Shown here: positions 12,515 to 25,859 of the stretch, piece by piece
How the letters are laid out: each line of letters opens with the position of its first letter
Numbering within the stretch: position 1 is the stretch's first letter
Origin: Isurus oxyrinchus
Lineage: Eukaryota
DNA: 64,000 bases
Reading direction: 5' to 3'
NCBI GenBank assembly: GCA_026770705.1
Contig: JANJGN010000007.1
Location: 112,778,001-112,842,000, forward strand
Translations under genes and position numbers: made by a program
Notes under the pieces: model-generated
Database searches by the model: none
Seen by the model: the letters and a program-made list of their open reading frames with translations, nothing else
Told to the model about the DNA's origin: nothing

Positions 12515-12700
12515 CTCGATTGGTAGCACTCTCTGATGAGTATAAGTCCCACTCTAGGACATGAGCACATACTGTATACTGATATTCTAGTACAGGACTA
12601 ATTGAGTACTGTAATGTCAGAGATATCATTCTTGGCATGAGATATTAAATCAAAGCCCCATCTGTTGGTTTAGGTGAAAGATCCCATGACACTTTTTAAA
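12515..12700 (+). mobile_element. Deu-domain SINE 5' fragment
   Basis: Similar to 62350-62540 (gagatattaaatcaaagccccatctg...aaagatcccatgacact). Confidence 0.55.
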
Positions 12701-13131
12701 AGATGCTTTTATGTATGTGCTAGTTAATTTCCCTAAGCACAGATCTTGCACATCTAACTGTAAACTAAATGTAGGGCAGAGCTTTTTGTTCAGCATGCGG
12801 GCACATGCCTGACACACTCGAGTGTAAAATAGCATGCAATGAAGGCAGGTAAGTGTCTGGATGTCATTGCGCACTTGCGCGTTATTTCGCCTGGCGGGCA
12901 CGCGTGGGTGCTGGAGCCGTGTCAGCCATTAATTAAGAGGCCTGTTAGTCAATCGATGCCGATTTTTCATTATCCGTGTAATTTCTTATTAGTATATGGC
13001 AGCTTCATCTCTGTTCAGGGCTTCATTATTAGCATTTCCAGACTTCGTTTCAGGACTCTTTGGTGTCTCCAAGGACTGCAAAGAATTCAGACCATGTTGA
13101 CCCTTCCAGGTTATCAGATAGCCTTCTGGTA

Positions 13132-14341
13132 ATGGAAATTGTGGTCTCCGCTGTAGGCACCTCCTCTGAGGAGGAAGAGAGGGGCAGAAGGGAGAGGAAG
13201 CCAAGTGTCCCTATGCAGCTTCCAGGGGAGCAACCTATGGGGGGAGAGGTGCAGGCACAGGGAGCACAGGGCCAGCAGTAAGTCCAAGGCGGAGGGGGCA
13301 GCAGAAGACACCACTGTCCTGCAGCCAGGGTTTACACATGGCGATGCAGCTACCTCAATATGTCTGAGGTGCAAAGCCGAAGCTCAAGGGAGTCAGTGAC
13401 CCCTATCTGTCAGATGATTGGACCTGAGATCATTCCCCTCAATGTGGGCAGACACCCCATGCCAGTGACTCTGAAGGTCATAGGGGCCCTCAACTTCTTT
13501 GCCTCCAGCTCTTTCCAGGGGTCAGTGGGGGATCTGTGTGGAGTCTCCCAATCAGCTGTCCGCAGTTACGTCAAGCTGGTGACAAAAGCTCTGTTCAGGC
13601 GGGTATGACTTTTGTTCATTTCCGTACGGACAAGGCCAGCCAGGCTGAGCGAGCCAGGGGCTTTGCAGTGGTTGCTGGGTTCCCCTGAATCCAAGGTGCA
13701 GTTGACTGCACACATGTGGCCATCAAGGAGCCAGCGGTTCATCCGGGTGTCTTTGTTAACAGGAAGGGATTCCATTCCATTAACGTGCAGATAGTGTGTG
13801 ACCATAGGATGCATATCCTGAAAGTCTGTGCAAGGTACCCTGGCAGCTCCCATGACACTTACATCCTGAGACACTCCCAGGTGCCAAGGCTCTTCAGTGC
13901 TCCAGCCTGACTGGATGGATAGCTGCTGAAGGGTGACAAGGGCTATCCCTTGAAAAAGTGACTCATGACAGATGTCCACCGCCCAAGAACAGAGGCAGAT
14001 CAGTGGTATAACAGGAGCCATGCCTGCACAACTGCAGTGATAGAGAGGACCATAGGTCTTCTGAAACTCGCTTCCAATGCCTGGACCATTCAGAGGCAGC
14101 ACTACAATACCCCCAAAGCGGGTGTCATTGATAGTGGTTGCATGCTGCACTCTCAGCAATCTGGTACTGGTAATGGGGCATCCACTGGAAAAAGAGGACG
14201 ACGCAGCTGCACAGGCCACAGATGATGAATCCAGCACTGAGCCAGAAGAAGAGCACGGTGATGAGAATGCTGAGGGCATAGAGGCAGACCTCTGTAACCT
14301 CCAGGGAGACAGGGATGCCTTGATCCAATGAGCCTTTAGCT
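13132..14341 (+). pseudogene. Harbinger transposase, disrupted
   Basis: ALNFFASSSFQ, VDCTHVAI, NRKGFHSINVQ, YPGSSHD, GDKGY, IERTIGLLK. Confidence 0.9.
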
Positions 14342-14734
14342 AGGCTGCCAAATAAGCCCTACGACCTCAGGCCAGGGCTGCCGCCTCCATCTCAGATGTC
14401 TGAAATAGCCCTTTCCTTTGACCCCAAAGTCCACCCAGTGCCTGTGCAATAAAGTTTTCAGCCACCCACATCCAGCAGCATTACATACTGACATACCCTG
14501 CATCACATTAAATAAAAAAGGTGAAGCATACTCAGGTCATTACGACAAAAGAAAATTTACCTCATGTTGACAATCAAAACAAATTAACAGAACCTTCTCT
14601 GATCTTCAACCCCAGACCAGTTAAAATAAACAAAACATTGCACAACAGACGATCACCCGTGACTAGCCCCTCTTGTGCTCATAGTCCCTTAAACTTACAT
14701 TTGTGAGTGCTACGTCTCGGTGTTCTCTCCTCAC

Positions 14735-14980
14735 TGGGACATGTTTTTAATTCAAAAATAAAATTTTTATTTGATATTTATTTGCTGTAGGAAACCTCAT
14801 CCCACCCGTGGATGAGGTTTCCTAAAAAATGTAAAGGCCACTTGGCCTTTTTGTCTGCCCGCCAACTGTAAGGTTTGGCCGTAAGCAAGTACACGATGAT
14901 GTTGGGACGCACACCCGATGTCATTGCACATCATTTTATGCTCAGGCGCGCACCCGCACACCGAGCAGAATATTCTGCCC
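14735..14980 (-). mobile_element. Half copy of the Harbinger-type MITE
   Basis: Reverse-complement similarity to 20198-20525; ends AATATTCTGCCC followed by ATA. Confidence 0.75.
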
Positions 14981-15461
14981 ATAGATTTAAACAGACCCCT
15001 GGCAAAAGCACACTCTGGACAGTCAAATTCAAAATGAGTTTCTTTCAGCTCTGGGTCCTTGCAAAAAGCGGCTTGAGGCTTACAGGTTGGAGGCTTTAGA
15101 TCTTAGAATCCCTCTCTTTTACCAACAGCCTTCTTTTCCTTTATACATATTTTTCTGTTTGAAATTCTCATTGTTTCACTAGGTTTTTTGAACTTCGAAC
15201 AATAAAATTCTTTCACAGCACCAATTTTATTAGTAAGCTTTGGAAAAAATAAACACATTTCTAAACTTCACCTGGCTAGGTGACACATTTCACCCCTCCT
15301 TTGAAAACAATTTAGTCTGGTTTATTTCAAAATGCAAATGTTCCCTTGACACCCATGTTTCTAAACTTCCCCATGTTTATCTAATTAACGTTTCAAACCT
15401 AACCTCTCTTCATAGATCAAAGCACCCAGACTAGGTGTCTCTAATTCAATTAAATCTCACA

Positions 15462-15504
<43 letters not shown>

Positions 15505-15564
15505 TTAGGCACATCGCATTATTACCCTATTTTACAATAAATTTCAATATCATTATGAGAACTA
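14981..15564. repeat. Unclassified insert, possibly an LTR fragment, with a (CA)n tract at 15457-15502
   Basis: Has no counterpart in the first Harbinger; AT-rich with AATAAA motifs and a CA microsatellite. Confidence 0.35.
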
Positions 15565-17300
15565 TTATTTCTCCTTGACACCTTGATGACCTTGGCAGTC
15601 CTGGGAGGAAGCGGCCAGTTTCACGGCTGGCATCTCCACATTCACCTCAGCACCATCAGATGCCCTGGTCACCGGCAGAGGGGTGGAGGAGCTGCTGCTG
15701 TCATCCATAGCACCCTGAGAGGAGCCCGCAGAGACGACAGGCAGCTCGTGTGCCAATATGAGGTCGCTATGGACTTCCCTGCTCACCATTGAAAGACAGG
15801 CATCTAGCTGGGATACCGGGTATCTCATCCATCTCCCACATGAACACTGACTGCCTGAGGTCAGTGCCTATGTGAGAGCTTGTAGGTCCGAGCGCAACCC
15901 CAGGAATCCAATTCTGTTTCTGGAGCTGCCTCTCCATGAGGGATCACCACTCTCTCAATGGAGGAGGCAGTGCGCTCACCATGAGGGTCAACACAGTGCT
16001 CATGCTCCACATGAACTCCTCCGTGATGGAGACCATAGCATGCAGACCCTCATGGATCTCCAGCAGATCTTCCTGCATGTCTCACTGGATATTCAGCATC
16101 TGTCGCCTAATGGATGACTCCAGATGCTCATCATCTGCCTTCAACTGAGCATTGTCCTGGTCTGCAGCAGTCCTCCGACTGCCGGTGCCCTAGGCACCCT
16201 CTGCCTCTGCCTGCACCTCATGCGAGTATGAAGTGCCCTCACTGCTGTGCATCCACATTCCAGCTGAAGATCTAAGGCCCACCAAGGTGCTGGTATCTGC
16301 GCTGGTGCCTGGTTCAGAGAATGGATGCGACACAGGTGCATCTGAAGCCTGGCAGTCCTCTGGCATCGGGGTGGGTCTTCGGGGTCCTGCGTTTGGGTGC
16401 ATGCTGGCAAACCCAAGGGGGAACAACGACATGTCATTAGTTTATGTCATCACACTCTCACTGTGCATACCAGGCACCCTGGTGAGACCATGGAGATCTG
16501 CATCATGGTGCCATTGTCTTTCAGTGATCAATGGGGAATCCAGTTTTGAGGCTGCCATCAGTGATAAGACTACACAAGAATGTTTGCATCATCTGAAACT
16601 CTCACCTCAGTGCATGCACTCTTACCTTCGCCTGACACCCCGGCCTCTCTGGGGCTGGTTTACCGAGGTGCCTCTCCAGCTCCAAGGTGTCCTGCTGGTA
16701 TCTAATAGGATTAGGAGGTTAGCGGGGCCTCCACCGGTCTGCAACTCTTTAATGTTTTTATAGGCCATCTTCTCCTGAAAGGATAGAGGAGCATTGATTA
16801 GTCCACTCTCTACCTGTAGCGCCATTGCAGCCTGGACAGCCCCACTTGAGGAGCACCTTGCAGGGCACATTTGAGCTGCAGCCCTAGAGCCACAAGGCAC
16901 TCAGTCCAAGCAGCCAGGACTCACCTCCTTTGCCAACTCTGGCGTCATTGACAATTGGCACTCAGACTCTAACACCCCTGAGCTCTACTGGGGGACGACC
17001 AGCCCATAACACTTCAGCACATTGATCCATTCCAACATGGTACTCACCTTTCCTGAGTGCAGCAGGTCGTTAAACCTCTTGCAGCACTGGGCCCAGGTGC
17101 GCCACACAACATCATGGCTGCTGACCAGCAGTGCCATCTCCTCCAAGCTCTTTTTGTAAGGTGTGGTGGCCTCCTCCTTCCATCCTTGGGGACAAGGGCA
17201 GCCACCTCGTCCAGGAGGACCACTCATTTGAAAACCAGGGGCTGAGTGTCCACCTGACCTTCCTCCCCACCTGGCATTTGCAGCCACATTGGAATGCATA
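15565..17300 (-). pseudogene. Myb/SANT-like gene of the second Harbinger
   Basis: WRTWAQCCKRFNDLLHSGK then GT donor; acceptor ctatcctttcAG then EKMAYKN...ELQTGGGP; 3' exon similar to 6900-7600. Confidence 0.7.
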
Positions 17301-17814
17301 ATTTTTACATCTCCTGCTGACAACACCGAAGATGTCTTCCTAACCAGCAGCCTTCCAGGGCCTGAATGTGCTGATTTTAAACCGGTTGCTGGGCCGCCAT
17401 TGGACCCGGCAGCCGACAGGCCCCTGCACCCTCCTTCCCAATCATTGTGGAGCAGCCATTCATCACTCAGCAGCCCTTAATTGGCTTGCCAGCATGAGAT
17501 CGCGGTCGGGGGCTGATCGCAGGTGACGGGCCGTTTCCCACCCACTCCCAAGCCTACTGACCGCGCCCGCCCACTGAACTCAGAATTCTGGCCATAAAAT
17601 TGCCAGGACTTCATAGACTGGCTTTCTGAAAGACCCACTGATTTTTAATGGATCCTCTCAATTACTGAACTCTGAGCCCTGGAGGTTATATTGTTAGCTT
17701 GCAGTCAGCAAACTTGGGGAACCTATAGTAAGTAGTGCAACACACAGGCATCAAAGTACCAAAGTTGAACACTTAATTCTCCGAACAATTGAGCCAATAT
17801 TTTTCCCCTCCCAA

Positions 17815-17980
17815 CAAAAACAAATTAAGTGATCATTGATCTCATTTCCATTTGTGGGATCTTGTTGTGCAAAACGTTTGCTATATTTGTTAGACGTGGA
17901 AGGTTTGTACTTCAAAGTAATTCATTGTGTGTAAAGCCATTAGATGTTTGTAATCAGGTATTCTATAAAGATGCTATTTT
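17815..17980 (+). mobile_element. Deu-domain SINE 3' fragment
   Basis: tttgtgggatcttgttgtgcaaa...cttcaaagtaattcattg, similar to 62640-62730. Confidence 0.55.
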
Positions 17981-19509
17981 ACTAAACAAAATCAGTGTGT
18001 AGAATCCTAAAATTTTCTGAGATACGAATCTTTAAAATGTGGCTCATTATAGACACTTTTATGACAATGAATTTAGGATGTACAGTGAAAAGAGTTTGTT
18101 CCACTAGGTTGATTTCCAGTGATGCACAGACCTGCCATTGTGATTAAATGGTTCCAGAAATAAGACGGCATCATTTTTTCATTCCACTTCTAAAAGATCT
18201 GTCCATTCATCTCTGCCCTGTGCAATATTACAAGCTTTTTGCGATGCTCAGATGTGGTTACATTTTTGTGATTTGTGAAATAGAACATTCAAATTATTTG
18301 AGACCTATTTATTTTATAGCCACATACTCAGCAGAGCATTGAAACAGTGAGAAATCAATAGGTCCCATGGGTTGTTCAAAGAAACTGCAAAATCTATTAT
18401 AAATATGAGTACTGGACTGGTAAGCATGAAGAGCTGATCTTACCTTTAGAAAGACTTACGATCTGGAATTTAGCAGCAGGTTATCATAAGACATGTATCA
18501 GGACTGCCACCAGGAATACAAAAAGTCTTACAGACCATACTTCAAGCTGTTTTTATTTTTATGATTTTGCTGTTTTTTATATCTGCTGTATTTTGCAGTT
18601 TTTAACATTTTCTACTTTGCACACTAGATAATATATTCTCATTGCCCTGGACAACACAGCAGTTTATGTTTAAGACAATAGAACTGTTTATGTGATAGCT
18701 AAGGGAGCAGGATAAACTGCATTGCCAGTGGCATTAGTCTCAGTGGTTCATATTAATAGGGGTGAATAGGAACAAGTCAGACTAGGGAAAGGGGGAAGGA
18801 GTTTAGGAAGCAAAGGAAATTGGAGAATTACTGTCCCTGGAAGTGCTAGCTGTATTTTGGTGTTGACTGTGTTGCAGCTGGAATGTACATCATTGCACTA
18901 CTGTGGTAGAATGTTTTGCCTTCAACTTATCTCTTCCAATTAGGACATTTCCTTTTATAGGAAGGAAAGGCTGAGATGAGGTTACTGCAAAAGTTGTCTG
19001 ATGAACACAGTGTTCTCATACTGAGGGCTCAAAGGTAAAACCAGCATATTCAGAGAAATTACTATCCACTTCCATTGACTTGTTCATTAACAGGTCAAGT
19101 CAATTGTGAACAATTGGACTTTTTCATCATTGAACCACTTAAAGAAGCCATTCAGCCCACAGAATCTGTCCCAGCTCTTTGTGAGAGCAATCTAAAATTG
19201 ATCTCACTGTTCTCATTACATAGCACTGTGTCTTCCTCTGCTTAAAATGTTTATCCATTTTTCCCTTAAATTATGAAATGGTCTCTGCCCCAACCATTCT
19301 CTGTTGCAAAGCATTTCATGCTCTTACAATACTCAATAACTTTCTCCTAACTTTGCTCAACTGTTTAGCAACAATTTTAAATTGTTGACCCTTTCTTATC
19401 ACTGACTCCCCAACCAAAGGAAATAGGATAAATCAGGAAGACTATCAGAATCCTCAAGATACAAAACAATTCAATTGCATTTCCTCTTAATCTTCACCAC
19501 TCCAGGGGT

Positions 19510-19915
19510 ATAATAGCAGTGGTCATGTTACTGGACAAGCAATTCAGAGGCCTAATGATGTGGAGACATGAGTTCAAATCCTACCATGGCAGCTGAGGAA
19601 TTTAAATTCAATTAGTTGAAAGATAATCTCGAATAAAAGCTAGTATCAGCAATAGTGACCATGAAACTACCAGATTGTCATAAAGTTCCAATGGTTCACT
19701 AATACTCTTCAGGGAATGAAATCAGCTGTCCTTATCTGGATTGGTTTATGTGTGTGTCTCCAGGCCCCCAGCAAAGTGGTCGTCTCTTAATTGCCCTCTA
19801 AAATGGCCTTAACAAACCACTCAGTTGTATTCAAGTCAGCTCACCACCACCCGCTTGAGGTCAATTGGGGATGAGCCTTATCAGTAACAGACTCATCCAG
19901 TGAATAAATTTTATA
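19510..19915 (+). mobile_element. tRNA-derived SINE (head, body and LINE tail)
   Basis: A-box-like sequence near 19513-19523; B box AGTTCAAATCC at 19571-19581; body ends ccactcagttgta at 19829, followed by a tail matching the LINE 3' end at 21775-21880. Confidence 0.82.
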
Positions 19916-20197
19916 AAAGCTCCAGTGGAAATCGTCTAGTCCTTATTCTCAAAACAATTATTTCCCATCTCTGGCATAATACCAGCATCTATGTTGGATG
20001 TACCTCATTGATTTACTATCTTTTCTATATTAGGATGCCCAAAATTATACACAGTGCTCAAGTTGTAGACCTAACCATTAATTTTCATTGCTTCTTCACT
20101 CTTGTACTCTGCGCTTCTATGTATAAAACCCAAAATACTGTTGGCCTTTTGAATGATTTTATCACACTTTCGGGGAATTATGTATTTAAATCCCTAT

Positions 20198-20856
20198 GGC
20201 CAGAATTTCTAGCTCAGCGGGCGGGTGCGCGCCTGATCTGACCAAGTGCGAAATGACGCGCGATGACGTTGGCCGAGCGTGCCGACATCAATGTGCAGTC
20301 GCGCAATAGTTCGGTCGGTGGTCATGCGCCGGAGCCGGCAGTGCACCCGCCAACAATTAAAAGGCCTATTAAGGCCATTAAATTATCAATTGCCGTTAAT
20401 TTTTTACTGCCCATTCAACCTAAAGGTTGGTGGGCAGGCGAAAAGGCCAAGCGGGCGGGATGAGGTTTCCAAAAGCAAATACAAATAAAATGAAAACTTT
20501 ATTTTTTAATTAAAAACATATCCTGCTCATGTGTTGGAGTCACATGAGGGGACATGCTTTATTACATTTTTCTGCTGTTTAATAATTTTTTCAATATCTT
20601 TTTCATCTCCCTGAGGCAGCTCCGTGCCTCAGGGAGATTATTAAGTCCTTTCTCACATGCTTGCGCAAAGTTCACACGAGGCCTGCTCGCCCTCCTCCCC
20701 CTGCCCGTACAGGCAGTGCTCAGTGATGCTGCTCATGTATCACGCAGGGTGGGCTTTAATTGGCCCACCAACGTGAAATCATGATGCGCTGTCGATTTGA
20801 GGGCGGCTTCCCGACCGCCCCTGCCGATCCCTCATGCCAAAGGCAAAATTCTGCCC
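20198..20856 (+). mobile_element. Harbinger-type MITE (659 bp)
   Basis: TIRs GGCCAGAATTT and AAAATTCTGCCC; perfect TSD TAT at 20195-20197 and 20857-20859; no coding capacity. Confidence 0.9.
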
Positions 20857-21772
20857 TATGTCTCTAGTTTGAAAATTTGTGTCCATCCATTTTTCTTTAG
20901 CATCTTTTCACTGACTGCATATCCCTATTCCTTGTCTTTCCTGCCAAAATATATCACTTTTTTTTTATCATTTATGGGATGTGGACGTCGCTGGCTAGGC
21001 CAGCATTTATTGCCCATCCCTAATTGCCCTCTGATCATCCCACAAACATTCCTATTCCTCTTTAAATCTTTTACACTCTTTTTTGCTATCTGACAAGTTC
21101 CATAGTTTTGTGCCATTCTCTCTCCGCCCGAGAGCAAAAGTAGATCCAGCACTGACACCTGACATGCACCACTTCCAGTCATTGTTTAATCTGAGTGATA
21201 TCCATTGATTTTAACCTTTCTCCTCTTGCTCATGGTCCAATTATTTATCTATGTTTTTTTGCTTGTACAATATACTTGAATTTTTGTAAAAAGCCTCCTG
21301 TGAAACAGCTTATAAAAAGCCTTCTAAAAATCCATGAACACAATATCTATTGCATTACCCTTATCCAATTGGCATTTCTTCAATTGAAGCTCTGTTAAAT
21401 TTGTCACAGTTTGTCTTTAAAAATTCTATGCTGGTTGTCCTTGATTAAGCCAAGCATTTCTCAATGCTCACTAATTTTATCTCAAATTATAAATTATTAT
21501 AGTTTGTTCATAACTGACATTAAACAAATTGGTCTGTAAATTTCCCAGTTTGGCTTTCTGACCCTTCTTGAACAGAGGTGTTAGTTACACTGACTGCACT
21601 CCATTTCCAGGCACAGTTTAGTCAGCCATATTTGGTGATTTATGTCCCCTTTACATTTAACTTAATCCAAATTACACGAGACACATCAAGTGCTGCTAAG
21701 TTTTCTTACTGACATGTTTGATGTTCAAGGTAAATATTAATTGTTATTAAAAGGCTATCTATACATAGACTT

Positions 21773-22650
21773 CTTTTTTATTCATTCATGGGATGTGGGC
21801 ATCATTGGCTAGGCCAGCATTTTCTGCCAATCCCTAATTGCCCTTGATAAGGTGATGATGAGCTGCCTTCTTGAACCACTGCAGGGGAGTTCTAGGATTT
21901 TGACAGTGATGGAATGGTGATATATTTCCAAGTCAGAATGCTGAGTGGCTTGGAGGGGAACGTCCAAGTGATAGTGTTCCCATGTGCCTGCTGCCTTTGT
22001 CTTTCTGGATTGTTGCGTTCATGGATTTGGAAGGTGCTCTCTAAGCAGCCCTGGTGTGTTCCTGCAGTGCATCTTGTAGATGGTACACACAACTGCCACT
22101 GTGCGTCGGTGATGGAGGGAGTGAATGTTTATGCCAATCAAGCGGGCTCTTTGCCCTGGATGGTGTCAAGCTTCTTGAGTGTTGTTGGAGCTGCAGTCAC
22201 ACAGACAAGTAGAGAGTATTCCATCACACTCCTGACTTGTGCCTTGTAGATGATGGACAGGCTTTGGGGAGTTAGGAGGTGAGTTGTAGCTACAGTATTT
22301 ATATGGCTAGTTCAGTTCAGTTTCTGGACAATGGTAACCCCCAGGATGTTGATAATGGGGAATTCAGTGATGGTAATGCCATTGAATGTTAAGGGGTGAT
22401 GGTTAGTTTCTCTATTGTTGGAGATGGCCATTGCCTGGCACTTGTGCGATGTGAATGTTACCTGACAGTTGTCAGCTTGAGTCTAGATATTGTCCAGTTC
22501 TTGCTGCATTTGGACATGGACTACTTTGGTATCTGAGGAGTCACGAATGGTGCTGAACATTGTGCAATCATCAGCAAACATCTTCACTTCTGACCTTATG
22601 ATGGAAGGAAGGTCATTGATGAAGCAGCTGAAGATGGTTAGGCCTAGGAC
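21773..22650 (-). mobile_element. 3' part of the APE-RT LINE (same family as 28035-30900)
   Basis: LGLTIFSCFINDL...MFADDCT; 3' tail ...cacatcccatgaatgaataaaaaa. Confidence 0.88.
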
Positions 22651-22679
22651 ATATGCACATATAAAGGTGTCAGGAAATA

Positions 22680-23085
22680 TATATGGCAGGTAGGTCTGGG
22701 ACCAGCATATCAGAACATATTGATAGACGTACTGGTTCAGGGTCCAGAAGAAAACTAATTGGCTGAGAGTAATACTGGTTCGAAGTTTCTGGAGGATTGG
22801 GGTAGATTGAGAGATGTACTGGTTCACAGATCCTGGGAGAGACTAGGACAGACTGCAAGATATACCGGCTCAAATTCTGGGAGAGACTGGGACACACTGT
22901 TAGATGCACCGGTGCACTGAGACCTGTAGGTACCTGGGTAGACTGAGGGTGATACTGGTTTACAGAATCCAGAACTGATGGAGTTATGAGATGTCCTGGC
23001 ACAGAATATAGGAGCGACTGGGACAGAGTGAAAGAGGTATTGGTTTATAGAGTGACCAGGATAGACTGAGAGAGATACAAGTTCC
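22680..23085 (+). repeat. Degenerate minisatellite, period about 44-45 bp
   Basis: actggttc-like motif recurs near 22731, 22774, 22818, 22864, 22908 and 22954. Confidence 0.6.
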
Positions 23086-24079
23086 CAAGTGTCGCTGTTG
23101 TGTTGCTGCTTTAATCCCTGTTTAATGTGGAAGTCATCACAATCATCTCAGCATTTGTCCACTTGTTATTTTCAGCTAATGCTGGTTTAATGTGGACAAA
23201 CCTACGATCTAGCTATGTTAAGTGGTTATGATTTTTACATTGTGAACCTACTTTTCCACCCCAATACATTTACTTAGAAAGGGGTTGATAAATCTATAAT
23301 TCTGAATGATATGATGGAATTTAGCACAGAGAACCCCAATACCTCTTATAGAAATTGTGTCCTTTCAATAAACCTAAATATGTTACATTAACAGTACTTA
23401 AGCTGAAAAGGGAACTACTTGTTTGGTCCAGTTATTTTCCTAGACTTGTTGGCACAGGAGGCTAAACATTAAGAGCTCCGGTGTGAACCAGGTAAACTTA
23501 GGCAGTTGTGAAAATACTGAGCAAATGGAAATATTCACAAGCATAATTGGGAAAGCAGCTAAACTGTTTCAAACTAGGCCAGCAGCCGTGTAATCCTGTA
23601 AATTGGTTATTTTCTAAACTCCCCAGCTTTCTAGCTTCTGATAGCTGTAGCCTGGTAGAAAATATTGACTGACTACTGATATTTCGGTGGCAACAGATGG
23701 TGGATATGTGCAAAACACCAGCAGTACAGCTACAGGTTGCACTGTCACAAAGTTGCCTTGAGCCTGGACATAGAATGCTGAGCCTTGGGGTAAAGTAGGG
23801 TTGCTAAACCTTCAGGAGAGTCCAAAAGTTAAAAATTAAATTTCCAGACATTGTTGTGAGCAATATATTAGAAAAAAAAGCTTATTTTTCATTTTCTTTG
23901 AGTTGTTTGACTGTTTGAAAAGTTGAGTTGAGACGTCATGTGATGAAACCTCCAGGAGTTCATCTAATCAGTGTCCAACTAATAAGTGCTCATGGACTCT
24001 ATTGTTATGAAAATTGAGACCATGGATGGAACTTTTTTACATTAGTCCCTGCTGGAATCTCCTATTTGTGTGCCTTGTG

Positions 24080-25540
24080 GTTGCTCTTTTCCAGAACAAA
24101 CTAATTATCAGCCTGCCTCTGGGCTCGCCGACCAATCAGAGAGGGTGGGTAGGATGACGGACCTGAAGCAGTAATGAAGGGACTCTGGCAGGAATACAAA
24201 TGGCAGCAGTAATTGCAGGAAACAATCCAGTGTGAAGGAGGAAAAAGCAGCATGGATGGAAGGTGTGGATAAGCTGTCCCCTGGTTTGCAGACTTACCTG
24301 TGGATGAGGGCATGGAGAGAAGACCTCTTCCTTGAGGATGGCAGGAGGAGGCCAGCCAGCCAGCCTCACCAAGCTAGTTTGGCTTCAAGTAGCTGAGGCT
24401 GCCAGTAGCCATCGTAGCCAGGACATGGATCCAATGCTGGAAAAGGTTCAGTAACCAACAAGATAGATATCCTGCAACCATCACTCTCTAACCTTCCTAG
24501 CAGTATTCTGTACTGCAAACCTCTGACCAACACACCTTGCCAGCAACACGCACATGCCTTTCTCTCCAGACACCACCTCAAAACTCCAATTCAAGAGATG
24601 CATTCACACTCACATTCCATGCTACCATTCCTCACAATTACCCTCCTAAAATTTTAACCCTTTATCCTCAGCAGTCAGTTAATTCCCACATTCCTAACTC
24701 TCTGCCCTTTCTCACTGCAGGAGAAGAGAGCACACAACTTCAGGGAGACAGAGAATAGGGCATGGAGCTGCAGCCATGATCAATATGCTCTTTTCCAGAT
24801 CTGACCTCAATAGCGGAGGAAGCCCTGGAGAGCATCAAGTTGACACCTGTGCAGGCTGTTACCAATGGAGAGGTGGGGGTGGCCCAGAGACATAGTGATG
24901 AAATTATATATCACACTGCCACTTGGCACTTAATTGTCACTTACATTGAATCAAAATCACCATTACATTAAATGTCATGATCTACACTGTGCTAATTTGG
25001 AACCCTATTTCACACAGATTCAGCACTAACTCATGTCTTTCATATCCCACAGGTGCATTGCTGACACTGGAGGAGATGAAGGATGAGCTGAGGAGTCCCC
25101 TGGGGAGGACGAGCACTCTGAGGATGCACCATCACATGACTCTGCACACCCTCTAGCAGCATAGATATTTTCATCTCCAGGTCTGGCTTCTCAGACAGAT
25201 AGGGTGGCACATTGTAGGGAACACATCACATGTGAGCAGGCACAGGAGACAGGCACAGTAGTGCAAAGTCCCTGTCGGGGAGTACAGGACACTTCAAGCT
25301 CTACTTAGCTAGATACAGATGCTGAGCCTCGGGGGTCATACCTTAAATGGGTACTTGTGGAACAACTGTGGGAAATGTGTGTCTTTCTGTTAGAATTTCC
25401 AGAGGCAGTGTGCACCCTTGCAAAGAAAATGGAGGAGTCCATCTCTTGTGTGAGTGCCATGATATCTCAGGCATTTGCACCGATGACCACCTCCTTCAAA
25501 AGAGTGGCGAACCTTATGGAGAATCAGCCTTCTATCACCT
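24080..25540 (+). pseudogene. Remnant Harbinger Myb/SANT-like gene
   Basis: Acceptor ctttctcactgcAG then EKRAHNFRETE; CWKRFSN; LAKKMEESISCVS..FKRVANLME, paralogous to the other Harbinger ORF2 copies. Confidence 0.6.
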
Positions 25541-25574
25541 AACTAATCTCCTAACCTAACCCAATCAATAATTT

Positions 25575-25675
25575 AAATATAAACAGAAAATGCTGGAAAC
25601 ACTCAGCAGGCGTCTGGCAGCATCTGTGGAGATAGAAACAGAATTAATGTTTCGACTCCGTATGATTCTTCCAGT
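25575..25675 (-). mobile_element. Penelope-like pLTR fragment
   Basis: aaacagaaaatgctggaaacactcagcagg...catctgtggaga, similar to 37400-37520. Confidence 0.65.
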
Positions 25676-25859
25676 CAATAATTTGCCTTCAGTTCCATGA
25701 GTTTAATCTTAGCTAACAAACTCTTATGTGGAACTTTTTAGAACACCTTCTGGAAGTCCACATAAGCTACACCCTAGACATTCCCCAGTTTACTACTTTA
25801 GTTACTTGCTGAAAAAAATCAATTAGATTCATTAGACATGCCCAACATTTACAAATCCA

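Larger units (their letters stand above)
12774..17593 (+). mobile_element. Second Harbinger element, interrupted at about 14735-15565
   Basis: Left end GGGCAGAGCTTTT, right end GAATTCTGGCC; flanks GTA/ATA; colinear with 4843-9204. Confidence 0.85.
19140..21610 (-). mobile_element. Old CR1-like LINE, split by a SINE, a MITE and a SINE tail
   Basis: 3' end gaagccattcagccc at about 19145; degenerate RT coding resembling 25860-27330. Confidence 0.6.

Noticed and set aside
18430-18620. Possible minus-strand exon (two GTAAG donors near 18440-18460)
   Set aside because: No convincing acceptor or recognisable peptide.
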